Source: Nitrospinales bacterium | GTDB taxonomy: Bacteria > Nitrospinota > Nitrospinia > Nitrospinales > VA-1 | Direction: 5' to 3' | Length of the DNA: 64,000 nt | Assembly: GCA_965223795.1 (NCBI GenBank) | Contig: CBDCXL010000001.1 | Location: 64,001-128,000 of the forward strand | In this document: one piece after another, positions 61,629 to 64,000 of the stretch | How the letters are laid out: each line of letters starts with the position of its first letter | Position numbering within the stretch: the first letter of the stretch is position 1 | The notes under the pieces: generated by a model | What the model was told of the DNA's origin: nothing | What the model saw: the letters and a program-made list of their open reading frames with translations, nothing else | The model's database searches: none | Made by a program: the position numbers and the translations under genes

Positions 61629-62981
61629 ATGGAACGGTTTGACGTGATTGTCGTGGGCGGAGGGATCGCCGGTGTCTCCGCCGCGTTGCGGGCGGCGGAT
61701 CTGAATGGCCGCGTGTGCCTGATCGAGCGCGAACGGATCGGCGGCAGCTACCTGAAACGGGGCCTGTACCGCCAGCAGCGGGCGCTGCACCTCGCTCACT
61801 CCCGGTCCGATTCGGGCGGCGCTAAAACGTCTTCCAACGGCTGGTTCGCCCGGTCCAGCGAAGGCGCGGATCAGGTGTCGGAAAGCTGGAAGCAGGCGCT
61901 GCTGCAGCAGGGCGTGCACCTTGAGCCGGGTTCCGCGGAAGTGGCTGATGCCGGCACCGTGCGGGTGAACCAGGGCGAAACGAAAGTCACGCTGCAAACG
62001 AAGTCCCTCATCCTGGCGACCGGATCCTCTCCCACCGCGCCCGCCACCATCCCGTTTGAAGAGAACCGCATTCTCGCTCCCGATGAGGTGTACGGACTCA
62101 CGGACGTGCCCGCTCAGGTGCTGATCCTGGGAGCGGGCCGGGAAGGGTGCGAGCTGGCGACGCTGTACAACCGGCTGGGCAGCCGCACGTTTCTGTGCGA
62201 CGAGCGGCCGCGCCTGCTGCCCGATTGCGACCCGGAACTGGGGGCGGTGATCGAGCGGGAGATGAAGAGCCGCAAGTTCAAGTTGCTGCTCGGCAAAAAG
62301 GTGGTGTCCATCTTCAAGAACGGGGATGCGATCGACGTGTCGCTCGACGGCGGCGTGAAATTTTCCGTCGATCAGATCGTGATCGCCGGCCGCCGCAAGG
62401 CCCGTTCGGAATGCCTGCCCGCCGGGGCGCTGGGCGTGCGTCTGGGCGAGTCCGGCGAGGTGCTGGTCGATGAGACGATGGCGTCTTCGGCTGCGGGAAT
62501 CTATGCGGTGGGCAGCGTGACCGGGCAGGCGCACAGTGTCAGCGCGGTTGAGGAAGCGGGCAGGGTGGCGGCGAGCAACGCGATGGGGAAACCCCGCAAA
62601 TTCGATGCGGACTGGATGCCGGAAATCCTGTTCACCGATCCGCAGGCGGCCAGTGTGGGCTGCTTTGCGGCGGAGGCGCACCACAAGGGGTTTCGCGCCG
62701 TCGAAGGACGCTGTGATTACGGTGACATCGATCATGCGCGCATCCACGGCAACTCCGGCGGTTTTTTCAAGATCGCCGCCGACAAAGTGTCGCGCAAGGT
62801 CATCGGCGCGCAGGTGGTCGCGCCCCAGGCTTCCGAGTTTATGCCATTGATATTGCTAATGATAAAAAAAGGGATGGCGGTCACCGCCTTGACTGGGCTA
62901 TCCTGTTCGCCCACCGACCAATTCAGAGGCATTCGCGAGGCCGCGAGAGACTGCGTGCGGGTCCTTAAATCAAAGGGCTGA
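61629..62981 (+). CDS. Pyridine nucleotide-disulfide oxidoreductase (dihydrolipoamide dehydrogenase-like), lacking the redox cysteines
   Basis: VVGGGIAG FAD motif, LATGS, ILGAG, IYAVG, dimerisation domain; GGSYLKRGLY replaces GGxCxxxGCxP. Confidence 0.8.
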   Translation: MERFDVIVVGGGIAGVSAALRAADLNGRVCLIERERIGGSYLKRGLYRQQRALHLAHSRSDSGGAKTSSNGWFARSSEGADQVSESWKQALLQQGVHLEPGSAEVADAGTVRVNQGETKVTLQTKSLILATGSSPTAPATIPFEENRILAPDEVYGLTDVPAQVLILGAGREGCELATLYNRLGSRTFLCDERPRLLPDCDPELGAVIEREMKSRKFKLLLGKKVVSIFKNGDAIDVSLDGGVKFSVDQIVIAGRRKARSECLPAGALGVRLGESGEVLVDETMASSAAGIYAVGSVTGQAHSVSAVEEAGRVAASNAMGKPRKFDADWMPEILFTDPQAASVGCFAAEAHHKGFRAVEGRCDYGDIDHARIHGNSGGFFKIAADKVSRKVIGAQVVAPQASEFMPLILLMIKKGMAVTALTGLSCSPTDQFRGIREAARDCVRVLKSKG

Positions 62982-63117
62982 GCGTGTCAAAATGGAAACG
63001 ATATCCGGTCTTGACTCGATTTTTCAATTGTGTTAAAAACCAACTCTTTGAATAGAAATGGTACGGCTGGGTCTCTCTGCGGACTCAGCCCATTATATTG
63101 ATAAATTAAGGTTTAAA

Positions 63118-63696
63118 ATGGCTGAAGCGAACGAATCCGCAAAGGCGCAACCCGCCAAGGAAGGGGCCAAAGCCAAAGGCAAATCCAAGGATAAAAAGAA
63201 CGAGCCGGTTGACAATCTATGGTCACGGCGCGACTTCTTTTCCTGGGCGGGCTGGGCTAGTTTTCTGACGGCTTTCGGGCTGTCCAATCTGTATTTTCTG
63301 CGTCTTCTCTTTCCGCGCGTTCTATTCGAACCCTCTCCGATTTTCAAAGCCGGCAATCCCGAAGATTACACGGTGGGCGAAGTGAGCACCAAGTGGGTGA
63401 ATGACCAGCGTGTGTGGATTGTGCGGGATAATGAAGGCATTTATGCGATCTTTGCGCTCTGCACGCATCTTGGCTGCACCCCGCGCTGGCTGAAGACGGA
63501 AAGCAAGTACAAATGTCCCTGTCACGGCAGCGGTTTCACGAAAGAGGGGATTCACTTTGAAGGTCCGGCACCACGGCCTTTGGAGCGCCTGAAGATCGGC
63601 CTCGATCCCAACGGACAGATCGAAATCGATAAGAGTAAAAAATTCCTGTATGAAAAAGACGAGTGGGGCAAACCGGGCGCCAAACTGATGGTCTGA
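63118..63696 (+). CDS. qcrA: Rieske iron-sulfur subunit of a cytochrome bc complex
   Basis: Tat motif SRRDFF plus TM helix; CTHLGC, CPCHGS, GPAPRPL. Confidence 0.92.
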   Translation: MAEANESAKAQPAKEGAKAKGKSKDKKNEPVDNLWSRRDFFSWAGWASFLTAFGLSNLYFLRLLFPRVLFEPSPIFKAGNPEDYTVGEVSTKWVNDQRVWIVRDNEGIYAIFALCTHLGCTPRWLKTESKYKCPCHGSGFTKEGIHFEGPAPRPLERLKIGLDPNGQIEIDKSKKFLYEKDEWGKPGAKLMV

Positions 63697-63782
63697 TTTG
63701 GTGCTTTTTATCTGGAATGTCTCCGGAAATTTTTTATACACTGATTCCCGATCACAGACTCCCCAATAGGAGGATTTGAGTT

Positions 63783-64000
63783 TTGGCTTCGAAAACACCA
63801 GAGATCCCCAATATCGCCGAATTGATGGAAAAGATCAAAAGCGGCAAGATTTTCGGGGAAATCGCAGAACAGATCAAACAATCCCAGGTCTGGACGTCGA
63901 CGTTCCGCCACGGTTACGCGGACACGCCCCGCAACCGGGTGCTGCAGATCGCGAGCAACATCTGGCTGCACCTGCATCCCGTGAAGATTCACCGGCACGC
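63783..64000 (+). CDS. qcrB: Cytochrome b subunit of the bc complex, N-terminus (partial)
   Basis: aggagg RBS, TTG start, open to the window end: ...FRHGYADTPRNRVLQIASNIWLHLHPVKIH; directly follows the Rieske gene. Confidence 0.7.
   Translation, partial: MASKTPEIPNIAELMEKIKSGKIFGEIAEQIKQSQVWTSTFRHGYADTPRNRVLQIASNIWLHLHPVKIHRH

Overview
A mostly GC-rich chromosomal window from a Gram-negative bacterium. Gene content suggests a Nitrospina-like nitrite oxidiser; this is inference, not shown by the sequence. It is largely housekeeping: clpB (3' end), addAB, moaCDE, ahcY, aguBA, mfd-PPIase-surA-tilS-ftsH-folP-pdxJ, gap-tpiA-secG-tRNA-Leu, and a Rieske/cytochrome b pair at the right edge. Accessory patches are interspersed. 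Most notable: (1) a putative metal-handling operon at 25.4-28.6 kb, led by a secreted Cys-rich upstream ORF whose stop codon is followed by a long hairpin covering the next gene's ribosome-binding site, resembling CutF/CruR-type translational control but without their RAPP-like C-terminus; (2) a candidate multi-helix leader RNA with an alternative pairing upstream of a His-heptad SmbP-like metal-binding protein; (3) an msbA-like exporter-oleA-oleB cluster without oleC/oleD; (4) flgB-fliE without flgC, behind a sigma-54 promoter and divergent from a multi-GAF enhancer-binding protein; (5) a 31-bp duplicated promoter/operator flanking a lipoprotein gene; (6) a dihydrolipoamide-dehydrogenase-like flavoprotein lacking its redox cysteines; (7) several short dispersed repeat families clustering at the edges of accessory genes and of an AT-rich islet that contains a frameshifted gene. 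No CRISPR array, rRNA, transposase or integrase was seen.
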